A stretch of DNA of 56,406 nt, filler included, from Bipalium vagum (taxonomy: Eukaryota), in NCBI GenBank assembly GCA_037834085.1. It is 3 parts of 3 records of this genome, joined end to end, with 100 filler letters (N's around TTAATTAATTAA, not from the genome) between each part and the next. Parts side by side here need not be neighbours in the genome. Positions count along the whole stretch, not along the records: positions 1 to 18,041 come from JBBMKC010043230.1; positions 18,142 to 36,307 come from JBBMKC010038504.1; 1 more part is not named here. One strand, given 5' to 3'. The position numbers and the translations under genes were made by a program. Every line of letters starts with the position of its first letter. Positions within the stretch are counted from its first letter, which is position 1. This document shows, one piece after another, positions 13,224-26,050 of the stretch. Below the pieces are notes generated by a model, which saw only the letters and a program-made list of their open reading frames with translations, did no database searches and had not been told where the DNA came from.

Positions 13224-14828
13224 TAATTGTTCTTTTTTAAAAAATAATAAATTATATTTTGTTGCTTTTTATTTGTTGATGATAACATTGAAATAATGAT
13301 CTTTAAATTTTTTTAATGATACCGATGTCTAAGTATTCATGATTATAGTTAGTTTCATTTAAAAAATTTTGAAAAATGTAACAGAATCTTGACTTTTAAA
13401 AAAAAATTTTTAAATAAAATGGGGTGAGGTCATTTTGTTTCATTTTAGTTAGAATTCTACTATTTATTAAAAAGGGATTCATAATGGGCGTTTGCACCAA
13501 ATATCGCGGTGCCCCACAACAAGATCGGACGGTAACATTAATTCGTGTTGTATAATTTAGAGCTAAATCATTATTCTTCTGCCAAAATGCGGTAAGAAAG
13601 ATAATACTTTTTTGTTTTTTGTTGATCAGGTAAATTCTGATACACCATTTAAATGTTACTTTTTTAAAATTTTGTTTTTTACATGATCTGTATATCAACC
13701 ATTTGAGTTGTGTTCTTAGGCAAACCAAACAAATTAAAAATTTTCTCTCGTCATTTTTTAATTTTCTGTCGATTAGTGTAATATAAACCAAAAAAAATTG
13801 AACGTTAATTTGGTTTCATTTTAGTTTTTAGACAAATTAAATAAATTTCATAAAAACTACTTTTAATAAAAAAAATAAATAAAATGAAAAATATATTATT
13901 TATGCCAAAGGTCAAATTTAAGATATGGTTTAAAAAAGAATTTTTATATTTATGAAAAGAGAATACATTTATTTTTAAAATTGCATGAAAAATAATTAAT
14001 CATAAAAAATAAACTAAATTTCGTCCTGTTAAAGAGGGAAGTTATTTGGATTCTGGATTATTGAAAATCTTTTTTTGATCATCTGTGAAAGTAATTAATT
14101 GGATTGCCTCTTAATTTAGGAGAATCTGAGGAAATATCTGGCTTTGGACTGAAATTGGACTTTTAGGTTTTACTGGATGTGTTAAAATATCAAACTTGGT
14201 TTATTTATTACATTTAATCAATCGTAGAATTACTTGGCTCACTCAGTGTGACATTTGGTTACAAGGTTGCTGAATTTGAATTGTCGAACCAACTTGATAT
14301 TTTTCGTTTAGTAAATTGATTTGTCCTATTTTGCTTTGAATTTTTAAACAATGAATTATCTTATTGAGTTTGTTTTTTTAATTTTTTTTGGTTCGTTGTA
14401 AAACTGACTGTATTTTATTCGATTAATACAGTGTGGTTTTTGATATATTGGGTACTGGTTTTATAAGACACGAAAAAATCTTTTAAAAAGACAAATTTTT
14501 AATAAGTTAAAACTTAGTACCAAAAATTTATTTAATGACATGATTTATATTTTATCATATTGCGAGATATTCTAATTCATAAAATAAAAAATTAAACCAC
14601 CTAAAAAATCTCAAATCAACTTAGTTTTAGTTGTTACAAGAATATTATATTTAAATAATTTACAATTTAGGTTTGCATTAAAATATATTTACTTTAATTC
14701 ATTAAAGTTTTATCATTGCAAGCCAGTTTAATGTTTTCGTAAAGATATCTAAATTTAAGTTTTTATGCATCACTTAAAATTATTTAGCTTCAGTTATTAT
14801 TAATTAAAATTTTCTTTTTAAAGATATA

Positions 14829-14939
14829 ATTGAGCCGAAGTTCATCGACCAACGTATTCAGGTTCCCAACCAGCTCATGTTCGCTCAAACCAAGCACCAC
14901 GATATCGTCCGCATAAGCCAAGATTGGAGTTACCTCCAT
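14829..14939 (-). mobile_element. Isolated non-LTR retrotransposon reverse-transcriptase fragment (YADD motif)
   Basis: GC-rich ~110-bp island translating on minus as MEVTPILAYADDIVVLGLSEHELVGNLNTLVDELRLN. Confidence 0.8.
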
Positions 14940-15358
14940 AATTCTTAAAATTTAAACGAAATTAATTATACAAATTGACTCTGGAAATATATTTAGTCTA
15001 AGAATAAATTTATTTTTACTATTCATATATAAATTATAAGTTAAGATTAAATTGATTTGATACTATCTTTAAATATCTTCAGATTTTACACAAGAAAAGA
15101 AAATACAAATTTTGGTAGATATTAGTTAAAATAAGTGAAAGCCAGCTTATTTAAATATAAAACTAGGAATTATAGAAATGTAAAGAAAATGTAAATGAAA
15201 TTATTAAATAAATTAAAGTTTTTATTAATTGATAAAACAGTTAAAAATAAATTAAATATAAATGATACTAAATTTATAGTAATTATAGTAATTGACTAAG
15301 TTTATTGTTTTTTGTTTTAATAATTTGTTTTATTCTAGAAAACTTACCAATACAAGAA

Positions 15359-17160
15359 ATGGTTGCACAGACTAGTAAATCAGAATTCAACGATAAATCT
15401 AAAGGAGATGCTGTTAGATCCAGTAATATTGCTGCAGCTAAAGGTAATTAAGTCTTAACGCCTAAACTTTAATTAAAATATTTAAAGCCGTTGCTGATAC
15501 AATCAGAACCAGCCTTGGTCCTAGAGGAATGGATAAAATGGTAAATTCCTTTTTTATTAAACCTATTTATTTGTATTTTAGATTTATGAAACCAAAGGAG
15601 ATGTTACAGTAACAAATGACGGAGCAACTATTTTGAAAAGAATGAAATTGTTACACCCCGCTGCTAAAATGGTAAATAAATTTTTTTAATATTCTTATTA
15701 AAAATTATTTAGATGGTGGAATTGTCTCAGTCGCAAGACATTGAAGCAGGAGATGGCACGACTTCCGTTGTTGTTATAGCTGGAAGCTTGTTGACCTCTT
15801 GCTCAAAACTACTTGACAAAGGCATTCATCCAACAGTGATCTCCGAAGCTTTCCAAAGAGCAGCAGAGATTGCTTGTGAAGTTCTTGAAAGTCACTCTCA
15901 AAAGATCGACATAAAAAATCGAGACATTCTTCTCAAAATTGCTTCGACTTCTTTAAATTCTAAAGTTGTCAGTCAATATTCAAGTGTTTTGTCACCAATT
16001 GCTGTGGACGCAGTTTTGCGCGCTATTGATAATAATACACAGACTGTAAATTTGAACGACATAAAAATAACTATGAAATTGGGGTAAATGAGAATATTTT
16101 TGAAAGGATGTCCATTAATATCTTCAATTTTAGCGGTACTGTTGAAGATACAATGCTAATCGATGGATTGATTATCGATAGACATGTTGAATCGATTTGC
16201 AACGTTAAGAAAGTTGAGAAAGCCAAAATTGCGCTGATTGAATTCTGCATTTCTCCACCGAAACCGAATGTAAGAAAGATTCAAACATGTTTTGTTTTTT
16301 ACACCTGTAATTTATAGATGGATCATAGTGTGGTTGTGTCCGAGTACAGTCAAATGGACCGAGTTATCAACGAAGAACGAAAATACATCCTTAACATCGT
16401 CAAGATTATTAAGAGCTCGGGTTGCAACGTTCTGCTTATACAAAAAAGCATTCTACGGGATGCGATCAACGATCTGGCGCTTCACTTTTTCTCAAAAATG
16501 GGCATCATGGTCATCAAGGACATCGAGCGCAGTGATGTGGAGTTGTATTGCAAGGCACTCAATTGCAAACCGATTGCTAGCCTGGAGAATTTTAACCAAT
16601 CCATGTTTGGAAAGGCCGATTGCGTCGAGGAGATCAGTGCAGGAACGTCTCGAATCGTCAAGGTGACCGGAATTGTTAATCCGGGACCCGTTGTATCCGT
16701 TCTCATGTTCGGCTCCAACAATATGGTGTTGCATGAGGCCGAGCGATCGTTGCACGATGCATTGTGTGTCATTCGGTGTCTGGTGAAAAAGCCGGCTCTG
16801 ATTGCCGGAGGCGGGGCACCCGAGATTGCCATGGCACAATACATTTCAAATCACGCTAACAATGTCGGCGGACTTTTCCAATACTGCTTCCGTGCTTATG
16901 CCGAAGCTCTGGAAATCATTCCCTACACGTTGGTTGAGAACGCTGGGCTGAACCCGATCGCCACTGTTACCGAGTTAAGAAATCGACATGCCAAGGGTGA
17001 GGTAAATGCAGGAATCAACATGAAACGGGGATGTGTCAGTGATATCATGAATGACGATGTAATGCAACCGCTTCTGATCAATCATAGTGCGATCACCTTG
17101 GCAACAGAAACAGTGTGTGCTCTATTGAAAATTGATGATATAGTTAATTGCGTGCGATAA
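15359..17160 (+). CDS. CCT4: T-complex protein 1 subunit delta (CCT4), 6 coding exons, 525 aa
   Basis: Exons 15359-15443, 15488-15540, 15582-15671, 15713-16083, 16134-16269 and 16318-17160 sum to 1578 nt in frame. GT-AG introns of 44, 41, 41, 50 and 48 nt. Motifs [28 protein letters not shown] and the delta-type [33 protein letters not shown]. Confidence 0.97.
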
Positions 17161-17198
17161 TAGTGATTTGTAGTGTTTATTGCTTCTTTGTGTTTTGG

Positions 17199-17204
17199 AA
17201 TAAA
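17199..17204 (+). promoter_or_regulatory. Likely CCT4 polyadenylation signal
   Basis: AATAAA 38 nt after the stop codon, followed by a T/GT-rich tract. Confidence 0.6.
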
Positions 17205-17659
17205 CTGAAAATTTCTTGTTTTGTCTTTGATTTTTTTTTATTATTAATTTTTTAAAAGTAATTTTTTTTGTTTTAATAATAAAATTTTATTTATCTTTTA
17301 TAGCAGTTTCAAAAAATTGTTTCTAAAATTAAAGAACAATTGTAAATTTCGTTATACTGTGGACCGAAACATTAGTTCGTTTCTGTTTTTGAAATACTGC
17401 TCTCTGCTTTGAACCTCATGGTTTCTTTTTAGTTTTGATTTCAGTATTTCAGCTTCTGGATAATTTTTACTATAATTAATGCAAAAATTCTTAATTTCAG
17501 CAAAAGTATTTTCTGATTTCTACTGAGTTTCTTGTATTTCGTTTTTATAGGATTTGTTTGTAAGTTACAGCCCAGATTCTAGGTAGTTGTTTTTCATCAG
17601 GCCGAATATGATCTATACCATTCCTCATCATAATTTTTATATGGATTACGATTCTGGTC

Positions 17660-17734
17660 ATTATTGTTTCAAATACAAGTTTTATTGATGTTACAGAAGA
17701 TCATTCTTTATTAACAATAGAAGGTAAAGAAATT
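17660..17734 (+). other. Intein/Hint-domain block-B-like coding relic
   Basis: Translates IIVSNTSFIDVTEDHSLLTIEGKEI, containing the TxxH motif in a DVTEDHSLL context. Its frame is bounded by stops at 17609 and 17765. Confidence 0.45.
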
Positions 17735-18041
17735 TTTGAGTTAAAAAATGGAATTATTACACAATAGGTACAAATTTTAAATTCTGCCAAAAAAAAAAAC
17801 AAGCTAATTTTCTAAAAATTTATTAAATAAAATGAGGATGAGAAAATTAAAAATTATTTTTCTTGATTATTATTATTATTATTGGATAAAATTTTTTTTT
17901 TCAAAATAAAATTTTTTTAAAAAAAAATTAATCACAGAAAACATTAACTATCCATTGGTTCTTACTCTCCTGTTTGGATGTTAATATTTGGTTGCCTTTC
18001 TTTGATTAATAATGACTCACAGATCTTTCGTTCATCATTAT

Positions 18042-18141
18042 NNNNNNNNNNNNNNNNNNNNNNNNNNNNNNNNNNNNNNNNNNNNTTAATTAATTAANNN
18101 NNNNNNNNNNNNNNNNNNNNNNNNNNNNNNNNNNNNNNNNN
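18042..18141. other. Artificial contig-joining spacer
   Basis: Exactly N44 + TTAATTAATTAA (stops in all six frames) + N44 = 100 nt. Confidence 0.95.
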
Positions 18142-18879
18142 ATTCTATCATATATTTAAATATAGACAGGATTAAAGTATTTATAATTATATATTTTCAT
18201 CATTTTATCGAAATTTTAGAGGTGACCCAAAACATATGGACGGCATTGTAATATGTATAACGAATTTTCTTTTGTAATAAAATTTTTAATGGGTATGTAA
18301 TGTTACCAGAATAATGATTTCCCTGTATACGACACTCAAATTCCGTTACTCATTATTTTGGGAAATGTTGTGCGGGTTTCAATTCTAATTGATGTGGATG
18401 GTCGTCTCATACTGATATTTTATTTTGATGAATAATATATATTATATATAACAATATTTATTCCAGAAAAATATTATTAAATAAATTTGAAGAAAATGAA
18501 ATGTTTTTATACAATATAAAAACATTATTGAACTAAAACTTAAAATAAATTAAATTTTAACATTACAAAAAAATTCATAATAAAATTAATAATATTTCCA
18601 ATCATTATCCCTACAAAAATTTTAGTAATTTCAAATTTCGTAAAGTGAATGTATAATAATTTTTCCAATTTGAAATTCTTGTTTTTTGTCATATATTCCT
18701 AATAAAATAGCAATTGTTTTAATATATAAGTTTTTTCTTAATTTTAATAATATTTTTTAATTTGATTAAAATATTTATTAATCTTTTTGTTAAATTTTGA
18801 AAATATTTATTGCAATGTTTTTTGTAAAATTGTCATTCAATTTCAATTATTTTTTTGAAAAATAAAATGTTTTCAGAAT

Positions 18880-21800
18880 ATGGACGTGAAAAACAATTCA
18901 GAAAATAAGAAATTTATGATCAACTACAACGATAACGACAAAATTGCTGGATTGTACAATGTTGGCAACACAATTGGTAAAGGTCATTATGCTGTTGTTA
19001 AAGAAGCTAAGCACGTATTTACCGGTGATAAAGTTGCTATTAAAGTCATAGACAAAACGAAATTAGATTACCAATCGCGTGAACATTTATTTTCCGAGGT
19101 TATGTGCATGAAACTGGTGCAACATCCAAATGTGGTACGGTTATACGAAGTGATCGATACGGCTAGTAAGTTGTACTTGGTTCTGGAATTAGGTGATGGA
19201 GGCGATCTCTACGATTATATAATGAAATTCGAGAATGGACTGCCCGAAATCAAAGCCAAACGATATTTCCGACAAATTGTTCAGGCTATTGCCTACTGCC
19301 ACAATCTGCATGTTGTACATCGAGATTTAAAGCCGGAAAACGTGGTGTTTTTTGAAAAAATCGAGCTTGTCAAGCTAACAGATTTTGGATTCAGTAACAA
19401 ATTTGTTCCCGGTAAAACTCTGGAAACGTCGTGCGGTTCTCTGGCCTATTCGGCACCAGAAATTCTGTTGGGTGATGCCTACGACGCTCCAAAGATTGAT
19501 ATTTGGTCGTTGGGGGTTATTTTGTACATGTTAGTCTGTGGAAAATTGCCCTTCGAAGAGGCCAACGACAGTGAGACATTGTCGAAAATCATGGACTGCA
19601 AATTTGATTTGCCCACTCACCTGTCCGAATCGTGCAAAAGTCTCATCAAGAAGATGCTGGTGCGCGAGCCTGAGAAACGCGCTAGTCTAGATGAAATTCT
19701 CTCTGACAAATGGCTGGAGTACGATAACGAAAGTAATTACCTGATTGATTCGTTCTCTGTGCCGCTGATCAGCCAAGAGCACTTGACGGTGGAAGAGCAC
19801 GTGGAGATTCTGACGAAGATGAGCGAGGGCAACCTGGCGTCGGTGGAGGACATCCAGATGATCCTCGATCGTAAGGAATACTCGTACATCAGCGCCACAT
19901 ATTTTCTATTGGCCGAACGGAAGCTGAAGCGGATCTATTTGGAGAATTATTGCAAGATGAAGCTGATGGAGCTCGAGAAAGAGGCAGGACAGAAATCAAC
20001 CAAAACTGATCAGCGGGAGGATGGTGAGCTATTAACCTTGAGCTCCATAGGTTCACAGAAATCATCAGGTGTGATTTCACCAATGACCGAATCGAACGAG
20101 GAACGGATTCGTCGGTTCAGCATGATCCTCGAGGATGAGGAGGACGAAGCGGAGGAAGAAGAGTTAGAAGCAATGATCTCTTTGGCATCGGTGCGCGAGG
20201 AGCTTGAGCTGACTGTTCCGAAGTTCGAGAATCATTACGAAACGCCAGGTGGTATTTCGGCTCCTTTTCCAAGCCGCTGCTGTTCGCGACTAAGCGATTC
20301 TTTTGATCCCGTTCCATCGGGGCTCGATACACCAACACAACTGGATCAGGACTGGAACGTTTGTGCTGGCACGAACAACAATCGATTCTCAGCATTCCGA
20401 CATCAATTCCATACGCGCAACCGTTGCCGTAGCGCTATTTATAATCGGCGATCACTGATTTATTTCAGTCACTCGTTGACGTCCATTCCTAGTTTCACTC
20501 AGCTCATGAATGAGCCACACCACAAAGATCATCCATCCAGCGTTATCGGCACCGCTGTTTCTCCGGCTCTGGTCGCTGCCGCTTCCACCAGAGATCCGCA
20601 TTCACTGATCCGATCACCACAGAAAATCAACAGAATCAAATCGCTACTGTCGCCAATGACCCAGGTTGTTGTTCCACGTTTCCAGCGCAATTTCTCGCTG
20701 GCCACATTCAATCGCCATTCAACTTCTTCGTCGTCCAACGAGCGGAGCTTCGATGACAACTTTCTCTATTTCAACAAGCACCGCGTTTCGTTGCCCAACA
20801 CGCAACATACGGGTCAATCGCTGCACATGTCCCGCAAACGATGCAGTTACCCGGCCCTGTTTCCGCCTACCAACACGAATTTATCTCACAGCCACTCCAG
20901 CTCCGACGTGTCCGACAATGAAGTCTCCGTGCTCCGTGGCGTCAACGAGCGCAAAAAGGCAGCTGTTTTAAAATCGTTTGGAAAACATTTCTTTTCCGCC
21001 TCGTACGGTCGATATATCAATTTGAAACCGCACACACCGGAGCTCATGATGTCTAACAGTTCCATCGATAGCGACGGCTCGTTCGCGGCTGGTCCGAAGA
21101 TTTTCTGCCAATCGTCAAACCGACGAATGAGAATCAAGTCTGCACAGCGAAGCCGACCGAGTTCCATGGGCCCCACAATGAGCACTAGTCCATTTGATGA
21201 TTTCCAACAGTCGTCATCGTTAATGGGCGGTGGCGGTCTTGGTTGCGGCAGCGGAGGCGCAGGCGTGACGCAAATCATCAGCGAGGAGCAGAACGCTTCG
21301 TCACCGTCGTCGCCGACATCAATTCCACTGAGTAACAGTCCTACAGTGGCTAGTATCACGATGCACCGCGACATTTGTGCTCCGATTCACGAGGAAGAGG
21401 AACTGATCAGATCGCGCAGTTATATCGACAAAGAAACGACGGGGCTCGACTATCCGTCGACCAATCAGAGTCTCAATCGATCATATCGAAGCGTTTCGGT
21501 GGACTGTCGTCGCAAATCGGAATCAGCCGAGGGGACGCCCGCCAAATGGGTCATGGTCATGTCCGGTGGAGGTGCCGGTGGGGGAGTTCAGAACCATTAT
21601 TTCACTTCGACAACGTCTGGCAGCAGCAGCCAGAAGCGTTCCAACGTCCCTATCAGTGTTCCTCTTCAACCTAATCACAAATTGAACAGCCATAGTCTCT
21701 CTAGTCAGTTGACCCAATCGAATTTCAGTCTCAGCTCATTCGCCAGCAGTTTGCGCGACTCCAAGGCCATGATGAATCTCGTTCGCGGTGCGTTCGAACT

Positions 21801-22413
21801 CCAATGCCTGGCCAATAAAATCAAGACGACCAATCACCAACACCATCACCAAGAGCAACAGCAATCACAACAACAACAACAGCAGCGACAGCAACCGATG
21901 TCAAAATATCATTATTCGGCCACCGGTCATCACCACAACAACAGCAATAACAATGGTCAGTATCGATCGGACGTTTGTGCGTCGACTTCGGTAATCGCAG
22001 GTCGCGAGAGCGGATGCGATTACGCCAGCGTCGCCAGTTTGCCGCTCAGCTCGAAATTGCAGCATTCCCCGGATGATTCTGAATCGCTTATTCTTTTGAA
22101 AAACGCCGATTCGACCAGCCCCGACCACGTAGTTCAATCGGCCGGTGCCATGGGTACGACCAGTATGATGACGACGACGGGAACGGCGAACCCGTCCAAT
22201 TGTTGTCGCTTCAGTCCGAAAATTTTCAAGAAAAAGTCGAAGATGACGTGCTCCCATTCTTCGGCAGATCGGATCGATGATGAATCGAGTACAGTGAACA
22301 AAAAATCGATATTTGTTAATAACAACTCGGCGACAACGAATCCGTTCATTCGAACGAGCTCCAATGTCAGCAGGAAGGCCAGATTTATTTTATCTTGCTG
22401 CAGACCTTCTTAG
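18880..22413 (+). CDS. SNRK: SNF-related serine/threonine kinase (AMPK-related), 1177 aa, one uninterrupted ORF
   Basis: [84 protein letters not shown] and the UBA-region [14 protein letters not shown] are all SNRK-type. Long Ser-rich tail ending in SCCRPS. Confidence 0.95.
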   Translation: MDVKNNSENKKFMINYNDNDKIAGLYNVGNTIGKGHYAVVKEAKHVFTGDKVAIKVIDKTKLDYQSREHLFSEVMCMKLVQHPNVVRLYEVIDTASKLYLVLELGDGGDLYDYIMKFENGLPEIKAKRYFRQIVQAIAYCHNLHVVHRDLKPENVVFFEKIELVKLTDFGFSNKFVPGKTLETSCGSLAYSAPEILLGDAYDAPKIDIWSLGVILYMLVCGKLPFEEANDSETLSKIMDCKFDLPTHLSESCKSLIKKMLVREPEKRASLDEILSDKWLEYDNESNYLIDSFSVPLISQEHLTVEEHVEILTKMSEGNLASVEDIQMILDRKEYSYISATYFLLAERKLKRIYLENYCKMKLMELEKEAGQKSTKTDQREDGELLTLSSIGSQKSSGVISPMTESNEERIRRFSMILEDEEDEAEEEELEAMISLASVREELELTVPKFENHYETPGGISAPFPSRCCSRLSDSFDPVPSGLDTPTQLDQDWNVCAGTNNNRFSAFRHQFHTRNRCRSAIYNRRSLIYFSHSLTSIPSFTQLMNEPHHKDHPSSVIGTAVSPALVAAASTRDPHSLIRSPQKINRIKSLLSPMTQVVVPRFQRNFSLATFNRHSTSSSSNERSFDDNFLYFNKHRVSLPNTQHTGQSLHMSRKRCSYPALFPPTNTNLSHSHSSSDVSDNEVSVLRGVNERKKAAVLKSFGKHFFSASYGRYINLKPHTPELMMSNSSIDSDGSFAAGPKIFCQSSNRRMRIKSAQRSRPSSMGPTMSTSPFDDFQQSSSLMGGGGLGCGSGGAGVTQIISEEQNASSPSSPTSIPLSNSPTVASITMHRDICAPIHEEEELIRSRSYIDKETTGLDYPSTNQSLNRSYRSVSVDCRRKSESAEGTPAKWVMVMSGGGAGGGVQNHYFTSTTSGSSSQKRSNVPISVPLQPNHKLNSHSLSSQLTQSNFSLSSFASSLRDSKAMMNLVRGAFELQCLANKIKTTNHQHHHQEQQQSQQQQQQRQQPMSKYHYSATGHHHNNSNNNGQYRSDVCASTSVIAGRESGCDYASVASLPLSSKLQHSPDDSESLILLKNADSTSPDHVVQSAGAMGTTSMMTTTGTANPSNCCRFSPKIFKKKSKMTCSHSSADRIDDESSTVNKKSIFVNNNSATTNPFIRTSSNVSRKARFILSCCRPS

Positions 22414-22820
22414 GTTTCTGCCCCCCCTTCTCACTCTCTCTCTAATCAATATTATTGTACAATTTCCGAGTTCTTAAATTTATTCATGCGAGTATTGATT
22501 GTATTGCATTGTATTTTTATTTGCGAGAAAAATTCGTTCGTTTTTCGGATTAAATTTGTCTGAATAAAAATTGGTCTTTCATGATTTTTTTGGTTTTGGT
22601 TTTTTCGATTCAGTGTTTACGTTCGGATCTCGGTTTCGCTCTCAATATTATTTCGTGATCCTGCTACCACCTGATAATTATTTCTCTAATAAAGTTTTTG
22701 AGATGAGATTCTCTTTCCGATTTATCATACTCTCTTTTATTAGTTTATCGTTTTATTTGATATTTTTATCGGTCTTGCCAAATATACAAGCCAGTAATTA
22801 TATTTTTCAAAATAAAAATA

Positions 22821-23869
22821 TCAGGTTGGTAAGTAAAAATTGCATTTTAAGATAACAGAAGACAAGAAAGTGTTTTATTCAAAATATGATCCATGACTAA
22901 AGGAATTGTGGAAGATCTTTTCTTGCACAAAGTGGAAAGATGCTAAAGAGATCCTAAGGTCAGTAGCATACAGATCCGGTGAATATGATGGCTGAAGCAA
23001 ACTTTCCGATCCCAAACCATTCAGCCTCTGAAGGGATTGTTTTGCAATGCGTGGCTAGGGTTTATCGTGAAGAATTTACAAATGTCTTCTGTTGATTAAA
23101 TCGATCAGGTGTATTTTTTCGACTTGACAATATCTCTCTGATGTCAGTTCCTCTGTGATTTATGAACCTATAGTCAACCAGGCCGACCGTGTATCACAAA
23201 ACTGACACCATAGTCTTCTTTTGGTGCAATGGCTTTGTGATCTGCTTTTGATTTATACTAATGGCCAGCTACTGTGATAACTGCCGCCCCTTGTAGCAGG
23301 CAATATATTTTTCAGCTCTGATCAAAATGCGATGAAGAAATTGGTCATTATTACGCAACAGAAGCGTGAAAAATATTTCAGTGACGATTTCTCACCCATT
23401 TATTAAGCTTTGTTGTTTTCTCAATTTGTGAAGGTAATGTAGAATATTTGGGTTTGCTGATTCCTAGATTTCTAACAAGTTCCCGAACCGTTGGACATGT
23501 ATCTTTAATTCATTATTATTGTCATCTACCGGGAACGTCCTCGACCTGCATCGATTTCCGGGCTTTCATCTCCACTCCTAAATGTATTGAATACATTTTG
23601 GATAGTTCGCACTTTTACTGTACTAATAAAGAACACTTCATTGATTTTACGAGATGTCCCAATAGATTTACCGCACAATTTGAAATTGTAAAGTGCAACT
23701 TGCTATTTGCATTTTCCAACAATGACTTCTATCAACCATATAATTATTTATAATAGTAAAGTGAAACCAATGTGGTTTCAAATGCTAACGCGGTTAAACA
23801 AATGTTTTTAAAAAATCTATTGTCAATTTTGAAAATATAAAAAACAAAATAATTTTCTTATCAATCTAA
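22821..23869 (-). mobile_element. Degenerate mariner ~400 bp downstream of the SNRK stop
   Basis: Ends TA|TCAGGTTGGT... and ...TCAATCTAA|TA. Minus fragments LLRNNDQFLHRIL, LHQKKTMVSV and LLQPSYSPDL. Confidence 0.8.
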
Positions 23870-25199
23870 TAGTACCAAGCCGTAAAATTATATCATTCGT
23901 TTTTTTGTAAACAAGGGTTTTGATGATGTACAATGTTAGAAATTTACTGTTTATACTGATGTCATGGTTTTGAATTAAATAGTGTCATGAATATCCTATA
24001 AGAAGTAAAGCAAAACTGATAGGAAATCTCGTAAATGTAATGAATAATCAAGGTTGTAAAAAGTCATTCATTTTGAAAAGTTGAAGAAGACTGATCTGAT
24101 TCCATATTGTCTAGTGAAGGATAGCCCTCCGAGTTCATTGTGGTGTCTTCTGACAGTCTTTCAATTGAATGGTTGCCGGATGGACATCTATTTACAATAA
24201 CGTAAAAGGACAGAGACATTTCATATTTTATATTATTTGAACAGTTCTCTTAAAATCAAAATTTATATAAAAATAAATTCATTATTTTTCATGGGACGAA
24301 TGAAGATCAAACTCTTACATATGAAACATAATTTTATTTAATTGAAGTCCTTGTATCGTCAATTGACAATATTTGTCAGACAATCTGATTTTCAATTATT
24401 TTCTGATTTCAGATGTAAGCTTTTAGGGTTGGATTATTCCAGTTTTTCCTATTGAAATGCTTTTACTATTGAATATGATTAATAAATGTATACTTTCAAT
24501 AATTTTTCGAAAAAGAGACCAAGATATTTGACCAAAGCTGGAATAAAATCGAAAAGGTAAATAATTTTCCATTGCTATAAGTCCTAATGAATAATGAATA
24601 ATGAATATACTTTATGTTGTTATTTATTTCTATACTAAAAATTGTTTATTAGCTATAAATAAGGATTAAAGATTTAATTGATTTCTTATTATTTTCCAAT
24701 AAAGTTATTCAATATTTTAATCAATAGAATCAATTTGACTGTCATACATAAGTTACACAAGTAAAAAAGTTTAACACTAATTTTATATTGATGAAATGAT
24801 AAAAATTAAAATTATTAAAAATCTAGTGTAATATCAACCTTGTTATAATAATATTTAACTGTAGTAAGAAAATCAATAATAATATAATATAATATAATAT
24901 AATTATATAAAATATAATATAACTTAATATATAATAATAATATAATACTTTTAATAATTATAAATAAATAAATAATTATTTTTTTATAAATTGATTTTCT
25001 TCCTTAATCTAAATTGTGATATTTATATTAAATATTTGGAAGGTATGAATTTATTATAAGTACAACGATCGAAATTCTATTGCGCCAATTTCTCTATAAC
25101 TTTTGGTTATTTTGACGTAGCTTGTTAGGTGAATATAAGTGCGGACGATTGTCTGTTTAGAAAACCATCATTATTTCAATATGCGCTACTAACAAAGAT

Positions 25200-25610
25200 G
25201 ATAAAAGATTGCAAAAATTATACCTTCAAGGAAACGAATCTAGGTTGGTAACAGTTTTCTTCGATTTTTTTTAAAAGTCAAACAGTCAATGGTGAATATT
25301 ATGTTGGTGTCTTGTGACGTTTGTGGAAAAAAATTCATCAAATTCAACCAGAATACCTTGAACAAAGGTCATTGTCGTTTTCACATGAAAATTCACCTGC
25401 AGATAAATGCAAAGTAGTTTTGAACTGTGATAAGAAGCTTTAAAGTGCATGGTGTATTCCTTAGATTTATCACCATTTGACTTCTGACCAACTCAAAGAC
25501 TTAAATTAACTATGAAGGATATATGCCAGGATACTTTTTTGGATAATTTAAAGATCTCAACCTAGATTTTGGGACAGATTTCAAAAGATTGGTTTAACAT
25601 GTTTGTTAGC
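25200..25610 (+). mobile_element. Mariner transposase C-terminal remnant
   Basis: QTVNGEYYVGVL*RLWKKIHQIQPEY...HENSPA and YSLDLSPFDF. Confidence 0.7.
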
Positions 25611-25639
25611 TGCGATATCAACAAAACCAGTCATAGTTT

Positions 25640-26050
25640 GAACAATATATTTTGAATGACATTGACTCAGCTCTATCTCCAATATAAACATCAACTGTTA
25701 TTTTTCCCAACACATTCATTGCACTATTATTTGCAGTCTTTATGATCTCCATGCATCTTTTTATTTCTACATTATCTAATTCTAGAAATTTATTCCGACT
25801 CATCACATTTATGCTAGCTCCAGTATCCAATAAGCATTCCATTTCATGTTCATGTATATTAACAGTTATACTTGGCCTTCCTTTGATCACGTTATATTTA
25901 ATAGCCTGTTCTTTAAAACTATTCAGCGTTACTATTTCCTTGTCATCTCCATTCTCAAATTCTTCTTTAAAAATCTATTCAGCTTTTCAAATTCTCTTTT
26001 TCCCTGACACTTCCATTTTCACTACCATTTTTCACATTCTCTATTACAAT
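25640..26050 (-). mobile_element. Ty3/gypsy-type LTR retrotransposon aspartic protease fragment
   Basis: GRPSITVNI..MECLLDTGASINVM...IKTANNSAMNVLGKI is a retropepsin signature. No RT or integrase follows. Confidence 0.85.

Noticed and set aside
16292-16844. Overlapping and antisense ORFs of 115-124 aa inside CCT4
   Set aside because: Shadow frames of a GC-rich exon with no motifs.
18086-18097. TTAATTAATTAA palindrome as a biological site
   Set aside because: Centred in exactly 44+44 Ns twice, so it is an assembly linker.
19889-22364. Many nested and antisense ORFs within SNRK
   Set aside because: Expected by-product of high GC3 and low-complexity coding sequence.
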